A DNA stretch of 64,000 nt from Patescibacteria group bacterium (GCA_016861205.1 BOKX01000001.1:136539-200538), one strand, 5' to 3'. Shown: positions 52,402-62,814, counted from the first letter of the stretch. The notes: generated from the letters alone by a model not told the origin. Translations and numbers: made by a program.

Positions 52402-53007
52402 ATGCGCAAACTGGTCGCGGTGTTGGGATTGGGTGTGATGTTGTCGGGTTGCAGTTGGCAATCGACAGCTGTACAAGACAGTTCCCCAGCGCCGCGGTTT
52501 GTGTGGCGAACCGACCATCAAGATAGTACTCCGCAAGTTTTAGCTACGACCTCTGCCGAAGGTGCACAGCTAGTGCCGGTAACCGACTTGTACCAAACGA
52601 TTAGCTCTTCACCACAGCACACCCAACTCAAACGTGCAGTCGAGGCTGCTGGTCTCATTGACTTGTGGCAAGGACCGGGTCCCTACACAGTGTTGGCCCC
52701 TATCGATGAGGCGTATGCTGATTTCCCCGTTGGCACATTTGCCGAGTTGTTTTCGCCCAATCGACAAAAAGATTTAATCAAAGTTGTGCAGTATCAAATG
52801 ATTCCAGGTCGTTACACGACTCGTGATTTAGTCGAAGGTTTGATTCTGAAAACTGTGCAAGGGCAGCCGGTGACAGTTCGTTTTAATGAAGGCAGCTGGT
52901 ACATTCAAGATGCAGTCGGTAACTATAGCCGCGTTCTAGAGACGAACATTGTGGCCGATAACGGAATAATCTTGGTTCTAGATAGACCAATCGTGCCGTG
53001 GTTTTAA
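52402..53007 (+). CDS. Fasciclin-domain lipoprotein
   Basis: LSGC lipobox, GPYTVLAPIDEAY, ADNGIILVLDRPI. Confidence 0.88.
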   Translation: MRKLVAVLGLGVMLSGCSWQSTAVQDSSPAPRFVWRTDHQDSTPQVLATTSAEGAQLVPVTDLYQTISSSPQHTQLKRAVEAAGLIDLWQGPGPYTVLAPIDEAYADFPVGTFAELFSPNRQKDLIKVVQYQMIPGRYTTRDLVEGLILKTVQGQPVTVRFNEGSWYIQDAVGNYSRVLETNIVADNGIILVLDRPIVPWF

Positions 53008-53022
53008 CTGAATTTCGAGAAG

Positions 53023-53394
53023 TTATTTTTTAGCGCTGAGCTGACACTGGTGGCAGTAGCCATAGATGGTCAGATGGTGGTGATCGACTGCAAAGTTTTT
53101 ACCGACTTTTGCAGGGAGATTAACTTGGCAGGTAGTCATTTCAACTTTGCCACAGTTACTGCACACCAAGTGATCATGATGGTGGGTGCGCAGCTCGAAG
53201 ACTAACTCATTATCGTGTAAGTTTTGTCGACAGATCAAACCATCTGCGAGTAAGCGATCTAAAGCACGGTAAACACTGGTTTTGTTGTACCGATGGCCTT
53301 GGGCAGCTAAAAACTTGACCATCTCTGGGGCTGTTAAGTAGTGTCGCTCTTTAAGCAGGCTGATGAGCTGGTCAGTTAGGTTGGCTTCAGACAT
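53023..53394 (-). CDS. Fur/Zur family regulator
   Basis: TSVYRAL, HHHDHLVCSNCG, GYCHQC. Confidence 0.9.
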   Translation of the reverse strand: MSEANLTDQLISLLKERHYLTAPEMVKFLAAQGHRYNKTSVYRALDRLLADGLICRQNLHDNELVFELRTHHHDHLVCSNCGKVEMTTCQVNLPAKVGKNFAVDHHHLTIYGYCHQCQLSAKK

Positions 53395-53487
53395 ATCTCT
53401 ATTGTAATCCATCGGTGCAACTCAGACGGAGACTATGAACTATTGTGGATTGTTTGCAGATTACCTAAACATAGGTACAATCGAAGT

Positions 53488-54603
53488 ATGTCGAGACTTC
53501 ATAATTTTTTCTTAGTAGTGGTGGGTGTTTGTTTGTTTCTGATGGCGAGTACCTCCCCCATTCAAGCCCAAGCCACCGCTGAGCCTGAGTACTCGCGTGC
53601 GAGAGTGGTTGAAATCTTAGGTGAACGTGAACTCGAGCAAACAGGTGCTGCAAACGGTTTTATTCAAGAAATCAAACTTGAGCGAATCGATACAAAGGAA
53701 ACCGTGGTGCTGACAGTTGGGAGTGAGTTTCAGCCCCTAACACCCCAACAGCGGCTCAGTGAAGGTCGTGACGTGATTCTAGCCAAACAAAGTTTGGGTG
53801 ACGGCAGTTCCCAGTATGTAGTTGCTGATGTTTACCGCCTGCCAATTTTGGCTTGGTTGTTATTTGGGTTTTTAGCCTTAGTCGTGATTGTGGCCAGCTG
53901 GCAGGGTTTGCTGTCTATTGCGGGTATGGGGATAAGTTTATTGGTCTTGTCGGGCTACATTGTGCCACAGATTTTAGCTGGCAGTTCGCCGATGGTGATC
54001 AGTCTGATCGGTGGTGCCATGATTGCTGCCTTGACAGTGTATTTGTGTCATGGTTGGTCGGCTCAATCTCACGTGGCATTGGGATCGATGGTGGCGACCT
54101 TAGTAGCTGTGACTGTTTTATCGTACATGGCAGTTAGGTTGGCTCAACTGGTTGGTTTGGGGAGTGAAGAGGCCTACTTTTTGCAGTTTGGACAGACAGC
54201 CAGAGTTAACTTACAAGGTTTGTTGCTGGGTGGAATTGTGTTGGGTGCCTTGGGTATTTTAGACGACATTACGGTGGCCCAAGCCTCAACGATCAAGCAG
54301 CTCAAGGCAGTCAACAAAAAAATTGGTGTTAAAGAGTTGTACGAACGAGGTTTAGCTGTAGGTAAAGACCACGTTGCGTCATTGGTAAACACGCTCGTGC
54401 TCGCATACGCTGGTGCCAATTTACCGTTGTTCCTACTCTTCAGTGTGAATCAACAAATTCCTTTTTGGGTAACATTGAACAACGAAATCATTGCCGAAGA
54501 AGTGGTGCGGACGTTAGTTGGCTCGATCGGATTAGTTTTAGCGGTACCAATCAGTACGTTACTGGCAGTAATGGTGTTCAGTCGCCAACCCGTTCGCGAA
54601 TAG
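53488..54603 (+). CDS. YibE/F family membrane protein
   Basis: LGILDDITVAQ, VNTLVLAYAG, RTLVGSIG. Confidence 0.9.
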   Translation: MSRLHNFFLVVVGVCLFLMASTSPIQAQATAEPEYSRARVVEILGERELEQTGAANGFIQEIKLERIDTKETVVLTVGSEFQPLTPQQRLSEGRDVILAKQSLGDGSSQYVVADVYRLPILAWLLFGFLALVVIVASWQGLLSIAGMGISLLVLSGYIVPQILAGSSPMVISLIGGAMIAALTVYLCHGWSAQSHVALGSMVATLVAVTVLSYMAVRLAQLVGLGSEEAYFLQFGQTARVNLQGLLLGGIVLGALGILDDITVAQASTIKQLKAVNKKIGVKELYERGLAVGKDHVASLVNTLVLAYAGANLPLFLLFSVNQQIPFWVTLNNEIIAEEVVRTLVGSIGLVLAVPISTLLAVMVFSRQPVRE

Positions 54604-55312
54604 TGGCTGGGTCGAGAAGCAGCGATTGTCGATCCCCTAACTCAGCGAGTGTGAACGGTCCGAACTGAGTGCGGATGAGGGTCAGGACGTCATACCCTGC
54701 TCGTTGCAGCATACGACGTACGTGGTGATTTTTGCCTTCGTGAATGGTAATTTCCAACCAATGAAATCCTGGTGTTCGGTCAAGCACTTCGACCGATTCT
54801 GGTTTGCTAAAACCATCTTTCAACTTTACCCCTTTGCGTAAAAATTCGAGTGCGGCATCTGAGATAGCTCGATCAAGTTCAACTTGGTAGGTTTTAGAAA
54901 AACCAAATTTGGGATGGGTGAGCCGATACGCTAAATCACCATCGTTGGTAATAAGCACCAATCCCTGACTATCTTGATCCAAGCGTCCAACTGGGTAGAG
55001 GCGATACTGCCGTGCAGAAGCAGGGAGCAAATCGAGCACTGTCCGACGATGAAGCTCGTCGTTGGTTGTGGTTACAACATGGCGTGGTTTGTTAAGCAGA
55101 TAGTACTGCAAATCTTGCGACGTTGCGCGGATGATCTGGTTGCGAAATCGAATTTCATCAGTGGCTGGGTTGATACGTTGACCGACCATGGCCGTAGCAC
55201 CATTTACTTTGACCAAACCTTGGGCAACAGCGGCTTCCATAGTTCGCCGGGAGCCCAGCCCTTGTGAGGCCAAAAATGCATGAACTTTAACGGTGTCTGC
55301 AGTACTTGTCAT
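54578..55312 (-). CDS. RsuA/RluB family pseudouridine synthase
   Basis: S4 domain, NKP, VGRLDQDSQGL, EGKNHHVRRM. Confidence 0.92.
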   Translation of the reverse strand: MTSTADTVKVHAFLASQGLGSRRTMEAAVAQGLVKVNGATAMVGQRINPATDEIRFRNQIIRATSQDLQYYLLNKPRHVVTTTNDELHRRTVLDLLPASARQYRLYPVGRLDQDSQGLVLITNDGDLAYRLTHPKFGFSKTYQVELDRAISDAALEFLRKGVKLKDGFSKPESVEVLDRTPGFHWLEITIHEGKNHHVRRMLQRAGYDVLTLIRTQFGPFTLAELGDRQSLLLDPATIRERVGD

Positions 55313-56400
55313 GGTGTTGCTACTCCATAATCACTATACGTCACTTTTTTGCCTTCAAAAGTCTCAGTTTGGTAGGTGTGATCATTGAGTTGTTCAAGCC
55401 ACATCACTGGCACTTTGCCGAACCCACCTGGCAGATCGAGTACATACTCAGGCAAAGCTACGGTGCTAAGGTGTCCACGCAGCGACTGATACAGCTTCTG
55501 ACCTTCAGCTATGGAAAGTCGAAAATGATGTGTGCCCAAAGCGCGATCAAGATGATGTAAGTAGTACGGTTTTACACCGACTTTCACCAAGCTTCTAAAA
55601 AGTTCGGCTAGAGTTTGGGTGTTGTCGTTGACGTTTTTTAACAGAACTGTTTGAGAAAGCAACATGATGTTGCGATCTAAACAGTGGTTGATGAACGCAG
55701 TTGTTTCTGATGTCAGCTCTCGCGGGTGGTCAATATGAATGACAATGATCGGTTTGAAGCGATGTTTCTCGGCCAGATTGGTAAGTGTTTCTAGCCAGCT
55801 GATACCCACGCTCTCTGGGTCAACAGCCGGCACTCTCGTATGAAATCGCCACTGATGAATATGTTCAATTGGACCAAGTTGTTGTCCCATTGCCATCAAA
55901 AAACCAACGGGAAAAGTCAGCGGGTCGCCGCCCGAAAAGATAAGTTCATGAACTTCTTGATGGTTTGTTAGGTAAGCACGAATAGCGGCAAAATCGACTG
56001 GTCGGACTTCCCCCACGACATCTTTACGGAAACAAAAGCGACAGTGTACTAAGCAGTACGTTGTTAACAACAGTAAGCATCGGTCAGGATAGCGATGAAT
56101 TAAGCCAGGTACTACTTCACGGTCGTGATCGCCGATCGGATCAGGTAGCTCGTATGGTTGCTGGTCGGCCTCAACCAGTGGCGGTAGCACCAGTTTGCGC
56201 AGTGGGTCATGCGGGTTTTTCCAATCGATAAGATCAGCATAGTGTTGAGGAATGCGAATCGGGAAAGTTTGGTGCAACTTTTGCAGTTGTTCATGACTGG
56301 GTAAGCTCGTAGCTGCCCAATCTATGCCCCTTGTTTGCAAGTATGCAGCGAGGTCGTCGACAGATCGGATGGAGTTTGTATGAGTAATTACTGGTAACAT
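55309..56400 (-). CDS. KamA/EpmB family radical SAM protein
   Basis: HRYPDR, CLVHCRFCFRK, SGGDPL, QTVLLKNVND, PYYLH, PGGFGK. Confidence 0.9.
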   Translation of the reverse strand: MLPVITHTNSIRSVDDLAAYLQTRGIDWAATSLPSHEQLQKLHQTFPIRIPQHYADLIDWKNPHDPLRKLVLPPLVEADQQPYELPDPIGDHDREVVPGLIHRYPDRCLLLLTTYCLVHCRFCFRKDVVGEVRPVDFAAIRAYLTNHQEVHELIFSGGDPLTFPVGFLMAMGQQLGPIEHIHQWRFHTRVPAVDPESVGISWLETLTNLAEKHRFKPIIVIHIDHPRELTSETTAFINHCLDRNIMLLSQTVLLKNVNDNTQTLAELFRSLVKVGVKPYYLHHLDRALGTHHFRLSIAEGQKLYQSLRGHLSTVALPEYVLDLPGGFGKVPVMWLEQLNDHTYQTETFEGKKVTYSDYGVATP

Positions 56401-56460
56401 CAGGATTGATTATACCCGCTGAATCCGCCATACTGACATTCACTTTATAAAAGGAGTCAG

Positions 56461-56883
56461 ATGTTAACCACCTCGTTGCTACTTTCACCATTCCTTGCCA
56501 TGGTCGCCAGTATGGTGGTCGGGATGGCATGGTACTCACCGTTCATGTTTGGTAATCAATGGATCAAGCTGATGGGTTTGAACGCCAAGAAGATGTCAGC
56601 CATGAAGAAGTCGATGGGTACGATGTACGCATTGAATGCTGTCGGTGCGTTTGTGCAAGCGTTTATTTTGAAGGTGATGGCGGATCTGACGTTGGCCTGG
56701 AGTGTGCAGTCAGTGATCGAGTTGGGTTTTTGGTTGTGGCTAGGTTTCATTGTGCCGACGCTCTTTTTGCAAGTGGCTTTCGCGGGCAAATCACCAAAAT
56801 TGTTTGTTCTGGATGCTGGTTATCAGCTGGCTTCAGTGATTGTGATGGCAGCGGTTTTGGGTGGTTTAAGTTACCGCATGTAG
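56461..56883 (+). CDS. DUF1761 membrane protein
   Basis: GMAWYSPFMFGNQW, DAGYQL. Confidence 0.85.
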   Translation: MLTTSLLLSPFLAMVASMVVGMAWYSPFMFGNQWIKLMGLNAKKMSAMKKSMGTMYALNAVGAFVQAFILKVMADLTLAWSVQSVIELGFWLWLGFIVPTLFLQVAFAGKSPKLFVLDAGYQLASVIVMAAVLGGLSYRM

Positions 56884-56903
56884 CTGGTGTTCACACAACG
56901 TTT

Positions 56904-57788
56904 CTAGAGAACTTGACTGTCTGCAGTCTCACCTGAGGGTGAGCTAGGGTTGAGGATGTAGATGTCTGTCCGGTATTCATTGGTACCGACCAGTTCAGCC
57001 TCACCACGAAGTACTGCCTCCAGCGGTCGGCAGGCAAAACAGCCACCTTCACCTTTTGGACACTTCATGACTTGGAGTTTGCGAGCAACCTTAATTTTTT
57101 TGGCAACGTCGAGGACTTGGCGGTGTGCTTCATGCAAATCTGGCAATTCCTGCGGTGTGAGCTGGTTATCACGATCGAGGTACCAGTAAAAGGCTCCTTC
57201 TACGGCGCGTTTTTGGGTGTTAGCGACCAATAGCCGGTAAATAGGCAGCTGGAGCGAGTTGCTGTCCTCTTCCCCTTTACCGGTTTTGAAGTCGATGATC
57301 GACACAGAGTCAGTATCAGGATGGTACTCGAGCCAGTCAATTTTGCCACAGAGAATAATTTCATCTTCTGGTGATAACCAGTAATGAGGCAAGTCTTGGT
57401 TAATTTTAACGGCTAAATTTTTGACGGGACCAGGATACTGCATGACCCGGCGTAGCATTGCCGCTCCGCGTTCTTTGTACTCGTGTTCTTGACTAGTTGA
57501 TCGGAAGCCGCCTAGTTTGCCACTGACCTTTGGCCAGACCTGCTCGTAGCGTTCAATGAGTGAGGTTTTGAAACGATCGTTGGTGGGTATAGTGGATAAA
57601 CTTTCGATAACTTCATGCACGGCCTGTCCCAGAGCTAAAGCCGGACCCATGATAGTGATCTTGTGGCGGGTCTTGGGATCTTTGTAAACATTTTTAAGAA
57701 AGTATGCGCGAGGGCACTTTAAAAAATCACTCATGGATGAGTGAGAAACCCAAGTGGCGCTGTAAGGATCACTAACCATAACCGTCAT
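56904..57788 (-). CDS. PD-(D/E)XK nuclease (RecB/AddB-like)
   Basis: SHSSMSDFLKCP, GQAVH, GKID, IIDFKTG, QLPIY. Confidence 0.88.
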   Translation of the reverse strand: MTVMVSDPYSATWVSHSSMSDFLKCPRAYFLKNVYKDPKTRHKITIMGPALALGQAVHEVIESLSTIPTNDRFKTSLIERYEQVWPKVSGKLGGFRSTSQEHEYKERGAAMLRRVMQYPGPVKNLAVKINQDLPHYWLSPEDEIILCGKIDWLEYHPDTDSVSIIDFKTGKGEEDSNSLQLPIYRLLVANTQKRAVEGAFYWYLDRDNQLTPQELPDLHEAHRQVLDVAKKIKVARKLQVMKCPKGEGGCFACRPLEAVLRGEAELVGTNEYRTDIYILNPSSPSGETADSQVL

Positions 57789-57808
57789 TATACCCGACTA
57801 CCGGGTAG

Positions 57809-58363
57809 TTACTCCGTAGCACTTTCTGGTAGGTTGAGCTCTGGAATTAATGTCTCAAACAGATAGAGTGCCAAGATGCCCGCAGCATCTTCCGAAGTCT
57901 TACCTTGTTCATAGAGGTACTGCTTATACTTGGTTAAATCGAGGTACTGATTGATTTCGTCTGACAAAATGAGACCGGTGATGAAATCTTGCGCATCGAG
58001 GCCAGTTTGGGGGTTAAGCTCTTTTAAGAGGCTGATCAATGCGGGTAGCTTAGCCTTAATTTGATCCGCTAAACCAGGTTCGATGATGAACCTTCGAAAC
58101 TCTGGTCTGAGGACGATGGGGCTGTGTGCTTGCCCATACTTATTCGCCACACTTTGCTGAAACTGGAGTTGATATTTATTGCGTAAAACGCCTTGTAACT
58201 CCACCACGCACTTTTCAATTTCATCAGTTCGATCTTTAACCTGCGACAACCGTCGATTGATGAGCGTGTAAAGCACATATCCCACAACCACCAGAGGTGT
58301 CACACTTTCGGGCGTGAAGCCGTAGTAGCTCAGAAAACCAACAAGCTCAGACCAGGATGGCAT
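57809..58363 (-). CDS. Hypothetical membrane-anchored protein
   Basis: N-terminal hydrophobic segment plus coiled coil. Confidence 0.6.
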   Translation of the reverse strand: MPSWSELVGFLSYYGFTPESVTPLVVVGYVLYTLINRRLSQVKDRTDEIEKCVVELQGVLRNKYQLQFQQSVANKYGQAHSPIVLRPEFRRFIIEPGLADQIKAKLPALISLLKELNPQTGLDAQDFITGLILSDEINQYLDLTKYKQYLYEQGKTSEDAAGILALYLFETLIPELNLPESATE

Positions 58364-58372
58364 AGCTGGGTT

Positions 58373-59038
58373 CTAACATATATGTCCTAGCTGTCGCAAG
58401 CTGCGCCAACCGTCTTTTGCGATGATCAAGTGATCAAACAAAGGGATATCCAAAACCTCTCCTGCTGCAGTTAGTTTGTCAGTGGCTTCCAGATCTTCAG
58501 CCGATGGGTCGGGGTTGCCCGAGGGATGATTGTGGATAATGATTACCCCACTTGCGCGTGTTTCCAAAGCCAATGCATATACTTCCCTTGGGTGAAGCAG
58601 GCTACTGTCAACAGTTCCTACCGTAATAGTTTGCCGCTGCAACAGTTGGTGCCGGGCATCAAGATACAGCCCTATCACGTGTTCTTGGCGTTTTGTGATG
58701 AGATCGTGACAGAGTTTGATGGCATCCTCAGGTTGATGAATAGTTTGCCGCGGTGTGGGTTGGGACAGTAACTGGGCGAGATAAAAAGCTGTTTTGATGG
58801 TGGCGGCTCTCGACGGACCTACACCCTTGAGTTTCGCGAGATCCGGCAGTGGTAATTCGGCCAACTCAGTCAGAGTGAAGCGTTGTAAGAGTTTCTCAGC
58901 CACTTGAATGGCGTTTTGACCCCGATAACCAGTGCGTAACAGAATAGCCAGCAGTTCAGCGGTTCTCAAGCCGTCTCCCCCAGTGAGTGACAATTTCTCT
59001 CGTGGTCGAGCAAAGGCGGGGAGATCGTGGAGGTGCAT
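58373..59038 (-). CDS. radC: RadC/JAB domain protein
   Basis: PREKL, ELLAILLRTG, HPREV, HNHPSG, DHLII. Confidence 0.95.
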   Translation of the reverse strand: MHLHDLPAFARPREKLSLTGGDGLRTAELLAILLRTGYRGQNAIQVAEKLLQRFTLTELAELPLPDLAKLKGVGPSRAATIKTAFYLAQLLSQPTPRQTIHQPEDAIKLCHDLITKRQEHVIGLYLDARHQLLQRQTITVGTVDSSLLHPREVYALALETRASGVIIIHNHPSGNPDPSAEDLEATDKLTAAGEVLDIPLFDHLIIAKDGWRSLRQLGHIC

Positions 59039-59096
59039 AAACGTAGTTAAACACCCTTAGCTTGCTTCAAACCGTATTTTTCGATACAATATCCGG

Positions 59097-60923
59097 ATGC
59101 TAACAACTGCTCAATTGCGAAATATCGCAATTATCGCCCACGTCGACCACGGCAAAACTACCTTGGTTGATGGTCTGCTCAAACAGGCCCATGTGTTTGC
59201 GGCGCACCAAAGTGAGATGACCCAGACAACTATTCTGGATCGTAACGACTTGGAGCGTGAGCGTGGCGTGACTATTTTAGCCAAGAACACCGCCGTCGAG
59301 TGGAATGGTTACAAGGTCAACATTCTCGACACCCCTGGTCACTCAGACTTTAGTGGTGAAGTAGAACGTGTTCTCAACATGGCCGATGGCTGTTTGTTGC
59401 TGGTCGACGCTTCTGAAGGTGTGTTGTCACAAACCCGTTACGTTTTACACTTGGCACTGTCGATTGGTTTGCGCCCGATTGTGGTGATCAACAAAGTAGA
59501 TCGCAAAGACCAACGTGTCAACGAAGTTTTGGAAGAAGTGAATGATTTGTTTTTGGAGCTGGCCCACACGGAAGATCAGCTCGACTTTCCAGTTATCTAC
59601 GCAGTCGGTCGTTCTGGCGTTGCAGGTTATCAGCTCGAACCACAAGCTGATCAATCATTGAAAATAACTGATAGTGAAAGTTTACAGCCATTATTTGAGG
59701 CTATCATTAAACACATTCCCGCACCCACTGGTACTTTGGAAGGTGGTTTCCAGTTTCAAGTCACTAGTTTAGATGCCGATGACTACAAGGGTAAGTACGT
59801 GATTGGTCGGGTTCAGCGCGGCAAAGTGACCAAGGGGCAGCCTTTGGCAATTTTGCACAACCATGCAATGGTAGGTCAGGCTCGGGCAGATTACGTTTTT
59901 GTGCACCAGGGTCTAGGTCGAGTTGAAGTCAGCGAAGCTGGCGTTGGTGATATCGTGGCTTTGACTGGTTTTGGCGCTGCCAAAATTGGTGACACACTGA
60001 CATCGTTAGATCAACAAGATGCTTTGCCACCTCTGCCGATTGCCGAACCTACAGTTCAGATGCAGTTTGCTGTTTCGAACTCACCGTTTGTGGGCCGAGA
60101 TGGTCAGTACAGCACCTCTCGACAAATTTTAGAACGCTTGCAAAAGGAACTTGAAACTAACGTTGGTCTCCGCTTGCAACCAGGTGCGAGTGCCGACAGT
60201 TTCATTGTGTCAGGTCGTGGTGAGTTGCATCTTTCAATTTTGATTGAGACGATGCGTCGCGAAGGTTTTGAGTTCTCAGTTTCACGTCCTGAAGTTATTT
60301 TCAAAGATGGTGCCGAAGGTGTTGAAGAACCATGGGAAGCCATCACCATTGAGGTGCCGGAAGAGTTTACAGGTGTAGTGACCACTGAGATGGGTCAACG
60401 CAAGGCAATTTTCAAAAACATGAAGCCACAAAAAACCGGCATGCGATTTGAGTACGAGATTGCCACTCGTCACTTAATCGGTTTCCGTAGTCAATTTTTG
60501 ACCCAAACTTCTGGTATGGGAGTGGTGCACAGCTTGCCACTTGGATATCGGCCAAAGGGTGACGACATTCCATGGATGCGCAACGGTGTATTGGTAGCTG
60601 CTGAAACTGGAGCCGCTTTGAGTTATGGTTTGCAGAAAGCCCAAGAGCGTGGCGTAACGTTTATTGAACCAGGTACCGAAGTGTACATGGGTATGATCGT
60701 CGGTCAAAACGCAAAAAAAGAAGATATTTTCATGAACGTGACGAAGGGCAAGAAACTCACCAACATGCGCGCAAGTTCGGCTGATGCGACTATTCGAATG
60801 ACTCCCCCAGTTAAAATGTCACTGGAGCAGTGCTTAACATTCTTGGCTCCAGATGAATTGTTGGAAGTGACGCCGCTTAACTTGCGACTGCGCAAGCGTG
60901 ATCTCTCAGTCGCTCAGCGCTAG
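59097..60923 (+). CDS. typA: Translational GTPase TypA/BipA
   Basis: AHVDHGKTT, DTPGHSDF, NKVD, GRGELHL, KKLTNMRA. Confidence 0.96.
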   Translation: MLTTAQLRNIAIIAHVDHGKTTLVDGLLKQAHVFAAHQSEMTQTTILDRNDLERERGVTILAKNTAVEWNGYKVNILDTPGHSDFSGEVERVLNMADGCLLLVDASEGVLSQTRYVLHLALSIGLRPIVVINKVDRKDQRVNEVLEEVNDLFLELAHTEDQLDFPVIYAVGRSGVAGYQLEPQADQSLKITDSESLQPLFEAIIKHIPAPTGTLEGGFQFQVTSLDADDYKGKYVIGRVQRGKVTKGQPLAILHNHAMVGQARADYVFVHQGLGRVEVSEAGVGDIVALTGFGAAKIGDTLTSLDQQDALPPLPIAEPTVQMQFAVSNSPFVGRDGQYSTSRQILERLQKELETNVGLRLQPGASADSFIVSGRGELHLSILIETMRREGFEFSVSRPEVIFKDGAEGVEEPWEAITIEVPEEFTGVVTTEMGQRKAIFKNMKPQKTGMRFEYEIATRHLIGFRSQFLTQTSGMGVVHSLPLGYRPKGDDIPWMRNGVLVAAETGAALSYGLQKAQERGVTFIEPGTEVYMGMIVGQNAKKEDIFMNVTKGKKLTNMRASSADATIRMTPPVKMSLEQCLTFLAPDELLEVTPLNLRLRKRDLSVAQR

Positions 60924-60960
60924 TTCCCAACCCAGCCACATGGTCTGATAGAATCGGTGG

Positions 60961-61431
60961 ATGAACGATTTTTCCAATCGAACTTTTGTTGATGCTCATC
61001 ACCAAGTCATTCCCTATGATGGTTCGCCGGTGAAGTGGCGTGTGTCCGCGTATGCAGTGGTGATTCGAGATAATCAGTTACTAGTCGTCAAACATAACTG
61101 GCAAACATACTATGATGTTCCTGGTGGTGGTGTCGAACTTGGCGAAACTTTGACTGAGACAGTTGAACGAGAAGGTTTGGAAGAAGCCGGAGCCAAGTTC
61201 AGACTAGGTGATGTTTTTGGGATAAAACAAGATTGGTTTTTTCACCAAGCTGAACACCAGTTTTATCAGGCGTTACAGGTTTTTTATAAAGCGGAACTTC
61301 AAGGTGAGTTGTTGCCACCCACCCAAGCAGACATCGTAGAAGTGACTTGGTTGTCACTCACCGAAAATAGTTTGTCTCAACTGCAGCCAAATGTAGTTGA
61401 ATTGCTTCGAAATGCACACCATGTTACATGA
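60961..61431 (+). CDS. Nudix hydrolase
   Basis: PGGGVELGE...VEREGLEEAG. Confidence 0.85.
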   Translation: MNDFSNRTFVDAHHQVIPYDGSPVKWRVSAYAVVIRDNQLLVVKHNWQTYYDVPGGGVELGETLTETVEREGLEEAGAKFRLGDVFGIKQDWFFHQAEHQFYQALQVFYKAELQGELLPPTQADIVEVTWLSLTENSLSQLQPNVVELLRNAHHVT

Positions 61432-61879
61432 GGTTGCTTCGCCCACTCGTTTCCAAGCTTTAGTTGCGGTGCATTTATTTTTATTTAAGGGTGAGCAAGT
61501 TTTATTGGCTCGACGTTTCCAAACGGGGTATGAAGATGGCAAGTTTTCAGTGCCGGCCGGACATTTGGACGGCAACGAAACTGTCACAACCGCTATGCTT
61601 CGAGAAGCCCGCGAAGAAATCGGTCTTGAGTTGTTGCCGAGCCAGCTGCACTGTAGTCACGTTATGCACCGGTTGGGAAGCGATGAACGCATCGATTTTT
61701 TTATGAGTTGCCATGATTGGACTGGTGAACCAATCATCGGTGAGCCACACAAGTGCAATGAGTTGCGCTGGAGCAGCATTGACGAGCTACCTGACAACAT
61801 AATCCCCTACGTCAAAGCGGCGCTGTTATCAGTTCAAAAAGGCGAGTTTTACTCGGAATTCGGCTGGTTAGACAGGTAG
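61421..61879 (+). CDS. Nudix hydrolase
   Basis: PAGHLDGNE...MLREAREEIG, EPHKC. Confidence 0.9.
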   Translation: MLHEVASPTRFQALVAVHLFLFKGEQVLLARRFQTGYEDGKFSVPAGHLDGNETVTTAMLREAREEIGLELLPSQLHCSHVMHRLGSDERIDFFMSCHDWTGEPIIGEPHKCNELRWSSIDELPDNIIPYVKAALLSVQKGEFYSEFGWLDR

Positions 61880-62800
61880 TTTTAACGAAGCAGTTGCTCG
61901 CCTCCACTGGCGATGCCACCAACTTTCTTTCTCGATGCTGAGGTTGGCTACCACGGTAGCTAAGATAATTAACACTCCGCCCAACAATTCATTTGGCAAA
62001 GCTTGTTCGCCGAAGAATAGCAAGCTGAAGAGTGACGCAAAGAAAATTTCGGACGATAAAACCACGGTCCCTAAGTTAAGATCAAAGTTTTGAAATCCGA
62101 TCAGCGTCAGATAGGAAATCGCCACGATTGAAAAGCCAAAAATAGTACCCACTACCCAGGATAAAGGTGAGATGTTGGGAAGGGTTAGTTGCTGAGTGAG
62201 TACGAGAAAGCTGCCCGCTACAGCGATGCCGCCAATCATTTGTAAAACCACTAAAACCATACGGTCAACTTTGCCAGCCAGGTATTTCCGGAAACTGTTC
62301 GCCACTGCATCCATAGCTCCCGATAAAAAGCCCAGCAAAAAGCCTAGTGATAAAATGCCGCCTTCAAATGGGTATGCGTACACAATGAAACCGATTGTGA
62401 CTAACAACAAGCTCGCTACTTTGAAGTTGGTGATTTTTTCTTTAAAGAAGACTATTCCTAAAAGCAGCGATCCGAGCAAGCCGCCCATGTAGAGTGCGAA
62501 AATGGCGGTAACAATTTTGGTGGAAAGCACGGCCAGAGTGTAGAGTACAACTGTTATTGGAAAAGACACCATATACGCTAGTACAAACTTGGTCGGAATC
62601 TTTTTGATTGACGCAAAAGATTGCCGTGTGAATAGCACCAAACTCGCTGCGATTGCGGCGCCAATTACATTGCGAAAAGCGATTTGTTGGTAGGCGGTAA
62701 AGTCATGGTTTAAAAAGCGAACGAAGATGCCAAAAATCCCAAACAGCACTGCACATGCTAAAAGTGCTAGAAAGCCTTTGAGTTGGGGGGAGATGGACAT
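61868..62800 (-). CDS. EamA/DMT family transporter
   Basis: ~10 TM helices, FFKEKI, FFGE. Confidence 0.85.
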   Translation of the reverse strand: MSISPQLKGFLALLACAVLFGIFGIFVRFLNHDFTAYQQIAFRNVIGAAIAASLVLFTRQSFASIKKIPTKFVLAYMVSFPITVVLYTLAVLSTKIVTAIFALYMGGLLGSLLLGIVFFKEKITNFKVASLLLVTIGFIVYAYPFEGGILSLGFLLGFLSGAMDAVANSFRKYLAGKVDRMVLVVLQMIGGIAVAGSFLVLTQQLTLPNISPLSWVVGTIFGFSIVAISYLTLIGFQNFDLNLGTVVLSSEIFFASLFSLLFFGEQALPNELLGGVLIILATVVANLSIEKESWWHRQWRRATASLKLPV

Positions 62801-62814
62801 AGGCGTTATGGCTA

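Noticed and set aside
56904-57788. Cas4/CRISPR system
   Set aside because: It is a stand-alone PD-(D/E)XK nuclease; no cas1/cas2 or repeat-spacer array was seen in the window.
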